From an uncultured Actinomycetes bacterium (GTDB lineage: Bacteria > Actinomycetota > Thermoleophilia > RBG-16-64-13): 48,457 nucleotides of DNA. The notes under the pieces were generated by a model. The model ran no database searches and was not told the DNA's origin. It saw only the letters and a list, made by a program, of their open reading frames with translations. The position numbers and the translations under genes were made by a program. Where the stretch lies: positions 1 through 48,457 of the forward strand of contig CAVPLM010000026.1 of assembly GCA_963706025.1 (NCBI GenBank). The letters are read 5' to 3'. Positions 8,250 through 18,140 of the stretch are shown in pieces. The stretch's first letter is position 1. Every line of letters begins with the position of its first letter.

Positions 8250-10861
8250 CACTCACCCCCTTCCAGCACGCGCTCAAGCGGAGCCCCGCGTCGGCGCGAT
8301 ACGGCCGGGCGAAGGCCTCCGGATAGGCCTTGCCGCAAAGCATCGAGGTGGGCCCGCTCCACTTCGACCAGGAAGCCGCTGCACACCATGCCGGCGGCGT
8401 TCTTCGAGGTGATGTTGTGAGGCGTGATGGTGTTGATGGCCCCGCCCCTGTCCAGTTCGCCGGGCACGATGGGGTCCCAACGGGCGCCGTGATCGATATA
8501 GACCGCACCCGGTCTGATCCTCTCCGTGACCCAGGCCCCGCCAGCAACGCGCCTCTCTCGTTGTAGATCGGTCACGACGTCGCCATCGACGATGCCCCGC
8601 GCCTCGGCGTCGGAGGGATGGATCCAGAGCGGCTCATACTGGTATCCGTCGGGACCCACGACCTTGCAGGTGTGGATCTCGCGCAGCCAGGTCATGTCGT
8701 CGTGCTGCGAGTGCACCCGCCACCGGGGGTGGTTGGTCATCACCAGCAGCGGATACTTCTTGCCCCGCTCGCCGGCCCGGCTCTCCTGGTGCGACTCCCC
8801 TTCCGGTATCCAGCGCGGCATCGGGCGGCCGCTCGCACGTCGTCGGGGAAATGCTCGGCCAGGCGCTCGGAGTAGAACTCGATCTTGCCGCTGGGCGTGG
8901 TCAGAGGGTGGTTCTCGGGATCCTCGTAGAAGTCCGACGAGGCCGGCCTTGTCCTGTTGCCAACTGGCGTCGTGCGGGACGACGTAGTAGCCCTTCTCCT
9001 TCAGCTCCTCGAAGGTGATGTCCCGGCCGCGCCGGAGGTCTCGTAGCCGGCTTGATCCAATCCTCGACGCTCTTGCCCTCGGTGTACTCCTCCAAGCATG
9101 CCGAACCGCTCGGCGATGGCGCAGACGATCTCGTAGTCGCTCTTGGACTCGCCCCGGGGTTCGATGGCGCTGTGGCTCGATGGAACACGCAGTTGAAGCT
9201 GGCGCTCAGCGAATCCAGCCGATGTCGTCGACCTCCATGATGGTCAGCGACGGCAGCACCAGGTCGGCGAGCTGGCAGTCGTTCTCCATCCAGGGATGCT
9301 GCGCCAGGATGAACTCGATCTTGGGATTCTGCAGGGCCCTGACGATAGGAGTTGGTGTCGTTCCAGCAGGTCATCCAGGAGGGGCTGTCGGTCCAGATCA
9401 TGTGGATCTCGGTGCCGCCCTCGCGCGGGTAGGTGTACTTGATGAACTGCTGGTCCACCGAGTCCCGCGAGAGCGTGGTGCCGTACCAACTGATGGGCGG
9501 GTTGAGGATGGCGTCGTGGATCAGGTCCTTGGGGATGAACTGCGGCGGGGTATCGGTGTACAGCCAGCCGCGGTTGGCCCCGAGCAGGGCCGGGTATGTA
9601 CTTGGGCCGGGGGAGGGGGTTGTCTGGCCTTCTTGTTGTAGAGTGCCCCACTCGATCATCTTGAACTGATGCACGCCGGGTTTGCCCACGCCCTGCATGG
9701 CGAGCAGCAGGACCTGCAGTCTGCGCCGGCTCGGTGGAGTAGGGGCCTCTGATGCCCGGGGCCGCCGTTGCCGATGGCGATCGAGACGGTCTTCTTCGCC
9801 CAGTAGCGGGCCAGCGCCTTGATCGTGTAGGAGGGCACGCCGGTGATCGGGGCCGCCCATTGCGGCGTCTTGGGAACGCCGTCCTCCTCGCCCAGAACGT
9901 AGTCTCGGAACTTCTCGAACCCCACGGCTGTGGGTCTCGAGGTACTCCTTGTCGTAGGTGCCTTCCGTCAGCCACACATATGCGATCGCCAGGTAGAGGG
10001 CGGCATCGGTGTTGGGCAGCACCGGGATCCATTTGTCGGCGTGGACCGCCGCGCCGTAGTTCAGATCGGGGGCGATGTAGATCGGATTTGATGCCCGATC
10101 TCGGTGAACCAGTAGCAGAGGCGGCTGGCCAGTCTGCCCGTTGAATCCCCAGGGAGTGGTCTCGGGGTCGCAGCCCCAGAAGAGGATGCCGTCGGTGTTC
10201 TTGGAGACATCCCACATGACGTTGGTGACCGGCACCATCTGTCCCAGGTTCTCGCAACCCCATACGTGCTTGGCGCCCCAGTACCAGCCCTCCCAGCTGT
10301 CGGTGTTACGGGTCTGCAGGGTATAGCCCCCCAGCAGCTTGAGCAGCCGCCGATGGCAGCCGTGGGCGGAATGGACGCACTTTGTCTCGCCGTGTCCGTC
10401 GGACTGGGAGAGGATGGCCTCCATGCCGTACTGCTTCTTTGATTCGCTCGATCTCGGCCACCACGATGTCGAGGGCCTCATCCCAGGAGATGCGCTCGTA
10501 CTTGCTGATTCCGCGGTTCTGCGGGTTGCGCTCCCCGGTGGAGCCGGGGCCGTCGGGTCCCAGTCCACTCTCTTCAGAGGGTAAAGGACCCTGTTCGGGG
10601 AGTAGACCCGGTTCTTGTAGCCGAGAGTGAAGCGGAGGGATCAGAGACTTCATCGAGGGAGAGAAGGTCTTGCCCCGGGCATTCATCTTCCAGGGCTCGA
10701 TGTCCGGGATACTTCCAGTCATAGTGAAGCGGCCGGATTCGGACGATCTTGCCCTCGTTGCACTCCACCTGCACGCTGTTTGAGTCAGCGGCGATTGAGC
10801 AGAAGGCGAGCCCACGGACTACCGTCCTCTCTGCGCCTGGCTTTTCTTCTGACTCCTGCAT
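8249..10861 (-). CDS. DMSO-reductase-family Mo/W-bisPGD enzyme, pyrogallol transhydroxylase (AthL)-like large subunit; many apparent indels
   Basis: KIVRIRPLHYDW; NPQNRGISKYERISWDEALD; NTDSWEGWYWGAKHVWG (Ser ligand motif as in AthL); LFWGCDPETT; HADKWIPVLPNTDAAL; TPSGKIEFYS; NHPRWRVHSQHDD; GGAINTITP. About 870 aa, with no Tat signal or FS0 Cys cluster. Confidence 0.85.
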
Positions 10862-10922
10862 CTACTCACACTCCCCCGAGATTTCAGATACGACAGATCT
10901 ACACGAAACCTCAGGCGGACGA

Positions 10923-12248
10923 CTAGATTACACCAATCGCCTCGATCTCCATCAATGTTTCTGGCCTGTGTAAGCGCGATCTGATGATCGCCGTGGCTGG
11001 TGGCTCTCCAACCAGCGAGGGTGCGTTCACTGTGTAGTAGTCCAGCTCAGCCTCTCTAACGGCGGACAAGTCGCCAATGTCCTTGAGAAAGATATTCACC
11101 TTCAGGATGTTCTCCATGCAACTGCCGGCCTGCTCCATGTACATCTTGATCTTATCCATGGTCACCCGCATCTGGTCCTCCACGGTGGCGGAGGTCTGTT
11201 TGAAGCTCTCCAGTGCCAGTCCCGTGGCACCGGAACAGAAGATCAGTTTCCCGACGACCGCGGAGCGTGAGAACATCGGGTGTCCGGGTGGGACGTGCGG
11301 GTAGGCGAATTTCACACCTCCGTAGTAAGCCGGGTACTTCGTGAGTTCCCAGCCGGGCCTCTCCCTGCAGATGACCCCTATCGCGTCGACCTCGACCAGG
11401 CATCTGGGGTCCTCAAGATCTGCCATGCAGACGGTGCTTGCCGGCGGGTCCGCGGATAGCGAAGCCGTGAATTCTTGGAAATAGAGAGACTCCAACCTAC
11501 GCATGGTGACATAGTGGGCATCCATGTCTTTGAAGTAGTAGCAGGTCTTAATCAGGTTGTTCATCGAGCCCCCGGCCTGGTCCAGATTCATCCTGATCTT
11601 GTCCATCACGACGCGCATCTGCTCTTCGAAGCTGTCGGTCTCTATCTGGCCCGTTTTCACCGAGCGGGCGCTCACATTGTGGCAGAAGATCAGGTTGCCG
11701 ACCGTCGTGACCTTGGAGAACATCGGCTCCCCCGGCTTCGCGCCGGGAAAAGCCTGTTTGAGTCCTGCATAGCGGGCTGGGATCATCCTTGTTTCCCAGT
11801 CTAGGTAGCCTCTAGTCAAGACACCCAGAGCATCGATCTGCACGAGGTAGTCCGGGTCATCGAGAACCGTGACTACGAAGCTCGTTGCCGGCGGTTCTTC
11901 CACCAGAACGGGGGCGTGTTCCTGATAGTAGTCGAACATCGCAGCCCGTACGGGTGCCACATCTTCCCTTTTCCCGACCAGCACGGTGTCCTTGACTATG
12001 TTGTTCATGGAGCTTCCGACTTCCTCCATGGCGGCCCTGACGCTGTCGAGCGCGCAGAAGACCTGCTCTCGGAGCGTTTTCGCCTCCACCACGCCGCTCT
12101 CTACTGACCGGGCGGACATCATGGAGAGAAACACGAGATTGCCGACCACTGCCGCTTTGGAGTTGAAAGGCCTCCCCCGTTCGACATGAGGGTACGCCTG
12201 CCTGACCCCCTTGAAATAGGCAGGATATCTCTTGACCGAGACCTTCAT
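10923..12248 (-). CDS. Single-chain triple-domain Rid/YjgF-family protein
   Basis: 441 aa made of three repeats of about 147 aa, each with YPA/IPA..., VG[NK]L[VI]F, EQ/DQ..., S[MC]-NN/EN-[IL][VIL]K, PPA[TS] and [QE][IV][DE]A[LI]GV. Confidence 0.85.
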   Translation of the reverse strand: MKVSVKRYPAYFKGVRQAYPHVERGRPFNSKAAVVGNLVFLSMMSARSVESGVVEAKTLREQVFCALDSVRAAMEEVGSSMNNIVKDTVLVGKREDVAPVRAAMFDYYQEHAPVLVEEPPATSFVVTVLDDPDYLVQIDALGVLTRGYLDWETRMIPARYAGLKQAFPGAKPGEPMFSKVTTVGNLIFCHNVSARSVKTGQIETDSFEEQMRVVMDKIRMNLDQAGGSMNNLIKTCYYFKDMDAHYVTMRRLESLYFQEFTASLSADPPASTVCMADLEDPRCLVEVDAIGVICRERPGWELTKYPAYYGGVKFAYPHVPPGHPMFSRSAVVGKLIFCSGATGLALESFKQTSATVEDQMRVTMDKIKMYMEQAGSCMENILKVNIFLKDIGDLSAVREAELDYYTVNAPSLVGEPPATAIIRSRLHRPETLMEIEAIGVI

Positions 12249-12279
12249 GAGGAACCTCCAATGAACGCGAGAGAGCGCA

Positions 12280-12720
12280 CTATGACGTGGTGATGGTAGG
12301 TGTCATGCCATTCTGGAGATCGAAGAAGCGCTTCGGGTTGTGCCAGGTGATCCTCTCGATGACATCAGGAGCCAAGCCCAGTCTCCTCATCGAGAGCACG
12401 GCCCGAGGAGCCAAGAAATGACCTTCTCCTGAAGAGCCGAAATCGGAGTTGATTACGATCTGAAGATGGTATTCAGGATACTCGGTCACGATCTCCGCGG
12501 CGTCTTCCGGTCTGAGTTTGTCAGGGCAGAGGCTCAGACCAACCATGGCCCCGCTGCTGAGACGGTCCTTGAGGCTCTTGCGCCCAGCGTGGTCCAGGAT
12601 GGCCTTCTCCATGGGGAACCGCTCGCTTTCGAGCACCTTGATGATCTGCCGGCACAAGTCGACTGCTTGTGAATAGAAGAACTTGATCTCGGCTTCCTTG
12701 GTCCGTCCCGTCGTCGGAGA
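12280..12720 (-). pseudogene. C-terminal half of a TatD/amidohydrolase-fold protein (5'-truncated)
   Basis: AILDH, GAMVGLSLCPDKL, IVINSDFG and IERITWHNPKRFF match a TatD-like C-terminus. The frame opens only after a TGA at about 12724, and the promoter lies immediately upstream, leaving no room for the N-terminal HxH half. Confidence 0.6.
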
Positions 12721-12742
12721 GGTTCACTCTTTGAGCCATATA

Positions 12743-12791
12743 GTGTTATCTATTGAACCAAACCCTAGCATGGTTTTTGCCGACGTGTCAA
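12743..12791 (-). promoter_or_regulatory. Sigma70/HrdB-type promoter of the leftward operon with an IclR-like box
   Basis: TTGACA (12791-12786), 18 nt, TAGGGT (12767-12762) with an upstream TG, followed by GTTCAATAGATAACAC (12758-12743). Confidence 0.6.
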
Positions 12792-12970
12792 CGTATCGGC
12801 CTCTCTAGCTGGAGGGCAGCGAATCTATGCAGAGGCCGGTCGGCAGCCCGCCGACCATGCCGGCGGGGCTCGTTGCCGATGAAATCGGGCTCGAACGGTT
12901 GGACGTCAGTGTTACCATCGGCCCACTCGTGAGCGGTGCCGTTATGGGCCCGCGGGGTCATGCTTTCTGT

Positions 12971-13777
12971 CTAGCTTAGATACCCGAGTCTCTTCGAGAG
13001 TGCTGCCGCGCTCTTCTTGGCCGCCGCCGCATACCCTAGCGCCTGTGCGTCGCTGAATCGCTCCACTGGAGCGACGATCGACAGTGCTGCACGGACTTTC
13101 CCGGTCCGATCGAAAACAGGCGCAGCCACGCCGGGCGCGTCCTCTTTCCATTCTTCATGGTCGATCGCGACTCCCTCGCGCCTGACCGTGCGCCATCGCT
13201 CGCGAATGCTATTGGGGTCCGTAAGGGTGTGCTCGGTCCGACGTTCGGGCGGGTCGGCGAGCAATCTGTCCCATACCTCCTCGGGGCCGAATGAGATCAA
13301 GACCTGGGCGTCAGCACTAGCTATGCCCGGTAGCAGCATGCCGACGAAGGTGGGCGGTTTGAAGTGGCGGGCGGTCGGAACAGTGTCAAGGATTAGGGGC
13401 CCCTCGTCGGTCCACACGGTCAGGTTCGACGACTCGGTGGTCTCTTCGGTCAATTCGACGAGAATCGGGTGCGCAACGCGGACCAGCTCTGGATGAGACT
13501 GGGCGAGATAGAAAGCGCGGAGAGCACTCGATCCCAGATGATACTTGCCGGAGAGAGAGTCGTATTCCACCCAATCCGATGCCTCCAGGGTCTTCATCAG
13601 CCGGCGGGCGGTAGCCTTGGGCAAGCCTGCCCTCTCGCGAAGCTCCCTAGGGGTCCACTCGGGGTGATCCACGTCAAAGAGGCCGAGTAGGAGCAAGCCC
13701 TTCTCCAAGGTGCGGGTGGGGGCGCCGCTGGCCGAGTTGCTGACATTGCTCATCTCGGCTGAACGCGACATCTCCAT
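12971..13777 (-). CDS. IclR-family transcriptional regulator
   Basis: TRTLEKGLLLLGLF...ELRERAGLPKATARRLMKTLE HTH; ELTEETTES; C-terminal GVAIDHEEW...GVAAPVFDRTGKVRAALSI. Start 13777 (GGAG RBS) or 13753. Confidence 0.93.
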   Translation of the reverse strand: MEMSRSAEMSNVSNSASGAPTRTLEKGLLLLGLFDVDHPEWTPRELRERAGLPKATARRLMKTLEASDWVEYDSLSGKYHLGSSALRAFYLAQSHPELVRVAHPILVELTEETTESSNLTVWTDEGPLILDTVPTARHFKPPTFVGMLLPGIASADAQVLISFGPEEVWDRLLADPPERRTEHTLTDPNSIRERWRTVRREGVAIDHEEWKEDAPGVAAPVFDRTGKVRAALSIVAPVERFSDAQALGYAAAAKKSAAALSKRLGYLS

Positions 13778-13873
13778 CGTGTCTCCAATCTTATCTTCGG
13801 TTCCTGAACGCCCACGTAACCCGGCCACGGGCAACTGCTTCTCTTACGATGAAAAAAGACCCTGGCCCCTCTG

Positions 13874-13942
13874 TTGACACCAGCCAAATTCGGAGCTAAG
13901 GTTGGTTCGCATAATAGCACATATCGGACCATTATATGAACC
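13874..13942 (+). promoter_or_regulatory. Sigma70-type promoter and inverted-repeat operator upstream of the OYE-hydantoinase operon
   Basis: TTGACA (13874-13879), 17 nt, TAAGGT (13897-13902). Then an imperfect inverted repeat GGTTCGCATAAT (13904-13915) ... ATTATATGAACC (13931-13942). Confidence 0.7.
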
Positions 13943-14043
13943 GCACTGCAACCGAGGGCAGGCACCCCCGGAGTTGTGACCCAGGGGAGCCTCATCTTGT
14001 GACTATCGTTGCGCCACCTACCGGCTGAGGAGGTCAAGACGAG

Positions 14044-16005
14044 ATGCTTCAGAGGAGACCGGTTGATGCAAGGTTCGAGAGACTTTTTAGTCCAGGCCAC
14101 ATAGGGGGCCTCTGGGTCAAGAATCGCATCGTTCGGTCTCCTATGCTTTCAAGCCTTGCAAGCCCCGATGGTTGTGTCACTCAGCGCGTCGTGGACCACT
14201 ACAAGGAGCTTGCCCGGGGCGGCGCGGGTCTGGTGATCGTCGAGTTCTCATGGGTCGACAACGATGCGAGCAAATCGGCGGCAGGGCAGCCGGGGGTCAG
14301 TGACAAGGAACACAAACCAGGTCTGCGGTGGCTGGCGACTGCCATACAGGGTTGTGGAGCGAGGGCATGTCTTCAAATCGTGCACTGCGGAAGACAGAAG
14401 TTCCTGGCTAGGCGACCGTACAAGTCCGCCCATCGTACGCCATGGCCGGACATCTACCTTCATGAAGGTGCGCCGGTTCCCGATGAGCTCACGATTGAAG
14501 AGATAGAGCAGATCATCGAGGATTTCGGCGATGCGGCCGCTAGGGCCAAGGAAGTCGGATTCGATATGGTCGAGATCCATGGGGCTCACGGGTATCTCGT
14601 GACCAACTTCCTCTCACCGCAGAACAGACGTCCAGATTGGTACGGAGGCCCTCTTTCCAACAGAATGAGGTTTCTCCTGGAGTTGTTCAGCAACTGTCGC
14701 GAGAAGGTGGGTCCCGACTTCGCCCTTGGGGTGAGGTTGAGTGGCACCGACTATGAGTCGGAAAGCCCCATTCCCATAGAGGAGACCATCCAGGTGGCTC
14801 AGGCGCTGGAGAAGCTGGGCTGCGATGTAATCGACGTATCGGGCGGTATGCATCAGCAGGGCGACTGTGAAACCGTACCCATGTACCACCCGTTGGCATT
14901 CAACGTGTGGGCCGCAGAGAGAATCAAGAAAACAGTCGGCATCCCAGTCATGGCGACCGGCTCGATTACATCTCCGGAGTTGGCCGAGCAGATCCTGGCG
15001 GAAGGCAAGGGCGACTTCATCGGCCTGGGAAGGCCTCTTATCGCTGATCCTTACTTCCCCCTTAAGGCGCAGGAGGGGCGTCCCGAGGATATACGCCCCT
15101 GCATCCGCTGCATGGAGTGTACCGACCGAGGCGTGACGATCGGCTACATAACGTGCACGGTCAACCCCACCACCGGCAGGGAAGGGGAACTGACGAAGAT
15201 CATCCCCGCCGGCAATAAGAAGAAGATAGCGGTAATCGGCGGTGGGCCTGGAGGCATGGAGGCCGCCAGAGTCGCCGCCCTTCGCGGGCATGAGGTCACC
15301 CTCTTTGAGAAGAGGGACTTGGGCGGCTTGCTCATCGAAGCTTCCCTGCCCGACTTCAAGGCAGACTTGCGTCCACTCATCAAATACCAGGTGACCCAGT
15401 TGGAGAAGAACGGCGTGAGGGTCGTGCGGGAAGAAGCGTCCGCCCGCACGGTAATAGACGGCAAGTTCGACGCCGCGGTGGTCGCCACGGGAGCAGTCTA
15501 TGCGCCACCGCCCAAGGTCCCCGGCGTGGATCTGCCCTTGGTGATGGGTTGCATGGACATCTTCCGCGGTGCGAGGACCGGTGATTCCGTGGTCGTCGTC
15601 GGCGGCGGTCTCGTCGGTTGCGAAGTCGCCCTGATGCTGGGCAAGCAGAACAAGAAGGTGACCATCACGACCAGGCAGACAAGTACCGCTCAAGGTCTTT
15701 CCATGGAGATGAAACGCGCCTTCGACAGATTGATCGCCGACATGGATGTGACCATCATCACCGGCGTCTGTCTGAACGAGATCACCGATGATGGTGTGCT
15801 AGTGAGCAACTGGAAAGGCAGGGAGGTCTTCTTGAAGGCGGACACCGTAGCGGTGGCGTGCGGCTTCCTGCCGAACCTCGCCCTCTGGGAGGAGTTGTCT
15901 CAGGTCCCGCAGCTTGAGGTCTATGCGATTGGAGACTGCGTGGAGCCACGTATGGCTTACGACGCGATCCACGAGGGATTCGCTGTTGGGTTTGAACTGT
16001 TGTGA
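14044..16005 (+). CDS. NADH:flavin oxidoreductase (OYE/DCR/BaiCD-type: FMN barrel, 4Fe-4S, FAD domain)
   Basis: VKNRIVRSPM, ARGGAGLVIVE, GFDMVEIHGAHGYLV, CIRCMEC...CTVNP, IAVIGGGPGGMEAA, VGGGLVGCEVA, AIGDCVEPR. 653 aa, intact. Confidence 0.93.
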   Translation: MLQRRPVDARFERLFSPGHIGGLWVKNRIVRSPMLSSLASPDGCVTQRVVDHYKELARGGAGLVIVEFSWVDNDASKSAAGQPGVSDKEHKPGLRWLATAIQGCGARACLQIVHCGRQKFLARRPYKSAHRTPWPDIYLHEGAPVPDELTIEEIEQIIEDFGDAAARAKEVGFDMVEIHGAHGYLVTNFLSPQNRRPDWYGGPLSNRMRFLLELFSNCREKVGPDFALGVRLSGTDYESESPIPIEETIQVAQALEKLGCDVIDVSGGMHQQGDCETVPMYHPLAFNVWAAERIKKTVGIPVMATGSITSPELAEQILAEGKGDFIGLGRPLIADPYFPLKAQEGRPEDIRPCIRCMECTDRGVTIGYITCTVNPTTGREGELTKIIPAGNKKKIAVIGGGPGGMEAARVAALRGHEVTLFEKRDLGGLLIEASLPDFKADLRPLIKYQVTQLEKNGVRVVREEASARTVIDGKFDAAVVATGAVYAPPPKVPGVDLPLVMGCMDIFRGARTGDSVVVVGGGLVGCEVALMLGKQNKKVTITTRQTSTAQGLSMEMKRAFDRLIADMDVTIITGVCLNEITDDGVLVSNWKGREVFLKADTVAVACGFLPNLALWEELSQVPQLEVYAIGDCVEPRMAYDAIHEGFAVGFELL

Positions 16006-16073
16006 CAAGGACTCGATTCACGTGACAGGCAAGAGACTGCGCCATTCAGCTCAGAAGCGGTGGGAGTAAGACC

Positions 16074-18140
16074 ATGAAGTATGTCGTAGGCGTCGATGTT
16101 GGAGGCACGTTCACTGACCTCGTTGCTATCGATGAACAGGGCCAGACGACTGTCATCAAGTCACCATCCACGCCAGCCAACCCTGGTATGGGCGTAGTCA
16201 CCGCGCTCGAAAAATGTGCCGCAACTTTGGATATGAAACTCGAGGAGTTCCTGCCGGATGTGCTTCGCATCTGTCATGGAACGACCGTGAGCACCAACGC
16301 GATACTCACTCAGAGCGGCGCCAAGATAGGCATGCTGACCACCAAGGGCTTCCGCGACATAACGGACGTGCGCACGGGGATCAGGGAATACGGTTATGAC
16401 TATGCCGTACCCCAGCCGACGCCACTTGCTCCGAGATACCTTCGGGTAGGCATCGAAGAGCGGATCAAGTGGAACGGAGAGGTCCATATACCACTCAATG
16501 AAGAAGAGGTTCGGGAGGCCGTGCGGTACCTGAAAGAACAGGGCGTGGAGGCTATTGCGATCTGTTTTCTCTGGTCTTTCAGGAACCCGGCCCACGAGCA
16601 GCGTGCGGCTGAGATCTGTAGGGAAGAGTGCCCTGGAATCTACATCACCTCCTCCGCTGATGTCCTACCGGAGGTCCGCGAGTACCGGCGTTTTAGCACG
16701 ACGTGCATCAACGCCTATGTGGGACCTGCCCTGGCTAGATATATCACGTATCTCCTCGATGAGCTGCGGAAAGCAGGCTTCACAGAGGAGCTGCTGATCA
16801 CTCAGTCAAGCGCAGGTGTGATGTCTCCCGAAATCGCGTGTGAGCAGGCGATGAGGACCGTTCTTTCGGGGCCCGCCTGCGCTCCGGCGGCCGGCGTGTA
16901 TACGGGGCGGCTATATGGCATCGACGACCTGATAACCACCGATATGGGGGGTACGAGTTTCGATGTCACCCTCATCAAGGACGGGAAACCATGGATGACG
17001 GATGAGACCAAGGTGGCGCAGGTGTATGCCATCAGGTTGCCCATGGTCGACGTCTGGACAGTGGGCGCGGGAGGCGGAAGCATCGCTTGGCTAGGAAAAG
17101 GAAACTCGCTGCACGTGGGTCCGCAGAGCGCGGGAGCGACGCCTGGCCCGGCTGCCTATCTGAAGGGCGGGAGGGAGCCCACCACCACTGATGCCGACTT
17201 CGTGTTGGGTTACCTCAACCCAGACTTCTACCTTGGCGGGGAATTCCCGGTCAGCCTCGACCTGGCACGACAATCGATCAAGGAGAGGATCGCCGATCCC
17301 CTTGGAATCGATGTGGCCGAGGCAGCCAGGTCTATGGTGAAAATCCTCAATAGCGCCATGGTGGATGCTATCTCGGCAGTCTCGGTGAGGAGAGGCGAAG
17401 ATCCCCGGAGATACACCATGGTAGCTGCCGGAGGAGCGGGACCGGTACACGCTCCGGCACTGGCCAGGGCGCTGCGGATGCGCAAAATAATCATACCGAG
17501 GCTCTCTTCTGTGTTCTGCGCAATGGGAGGCGTTATCTCCGACCTGCGGCATGACTTCGTTAGAACTGTGAACTGGCGAACCAACGTGGTGAGCTACGAT
17601 GCGCTCAACCAGGTGTATGAAGAGCTTGAGCAAGAGGCTCATCAACTCCTCAAGAGGGAGGGCATCCCACTAAGCGATCGCTACTTCAAACGCACGGCCG
17701 ACATGAGGTATGTGGGGCAGTTCCATGAGGTCGACGTCGATGTTCCTAATGAGAAGCTGGGAACGGAGCAGATGAAGGAAGTCATCACACATTTCAATGA
17801 GAAACACGAAACAATGTACGCCTACCGCGACACTGTTGAAACCGAGATCATGAACGTCAGGGTGGCCGGTTTCGGCCGAGTAGTCAAGATGTCTCTGAAA
17901 GAGTACCCGTATAGCAGTGAAGATGCTCGCATGTATCAAAAAGACACGCGGGACGTGTTCTTCGAGGAAGCGGATGGCTTTGTCGCGACCCCAATCTACG
18001 ACGGTGACGCGATGCAATATGGTAATTCAGTGCACGGACCGGCAGTCATCGAACAGAAGATCACCACCATCGCTGTTCCCCCTGGATTCTCCATCGAAGT
18101 GGGTAAGTATGGCGACTACATAATGGAGGTCCCGGAATGA
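16074..18140 (+). CDS. hyuA: Hydantoinase/oxoprolinase A subunit (ATP-binding)
   Basis: VGVDVGGTFTD, HGTTVSTNA, TTKGFRD, LSGPA, DMGGTSFD, GAGGGSIA, GPQSAGATPGPA, GGAGPVHA, MRYVGQFHE. Confidence 0.92.
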   Translation: MKYVVGVDVGGTFTDLVAIDEQGQTTVIKSPSTPANPGMGVVTALEKCAATLDMKLEEFLPDVLRICHGTTVSTNAILTQSGAKIGMLTTKGFRDITDVRTGIREYGYDYAVPQPTPLAPRYLRVGIEERIKWNGEVHIPLNEEEVREAVRYLKEQGVEAIAICFLWSFRNPAHEQRAAEICREECPGIYITSSADVLPEVREYRRFSTTCINAYVGPALARYITYLLDELRKAGFTEELLITQSSAGVMSPEIACEQAMRTVLSGPACAPAAGVYTGRLYGIDDLITTDMGGTSFDVTLIKDGKPWMTDETKVAQVYAIRLPMVDVWTVGAGGGSIAWLGKGNSLHVGPQSAGATPGPAAYLKGGREPTTTDADFVLGYLNPDFYLGGEFPVSLDLARQSIKERIADPLGIDVAEAARSMVKILNSAMVDAISAVSVRRGEDPRRYTMVAAGGAGPVHAPALARALRMRKIIIPRLSSVFCAMGGVISDLRHDFVRTVNWRTNVVSYDALNQVYEELEQEAHQLLKREGIPLSDRYFKRTADMRYVGQFHEVDVDVPNEKLGTEQMKEVITHFNEKHETMYAYRDTVETEIMNVRVAGFGRVVKMSLKEYPYSSEDARMYQKDTRDVFFEEADGFVATPIYDGDAMQYGNSVHGPAVIEQKITTIAVPPGFSIEVGKYGDYIMEVPE

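Noticed and set aside
720-10861. Programmed frameshifting or genuine pseudogenisation of the grd and Mo genes
   Set aside because: The shifts are numerous, scattered and lack consistent slippery motifs, and catalytic motifs are intact. Sequencing error is more parsimonious.
12721-12726. TGA opening the TatD-like frame as a third Sec codon
   Set aside because: No upstream coding homology, start or SECIS-like hairpin; the upstream sequence is promoter DNA.
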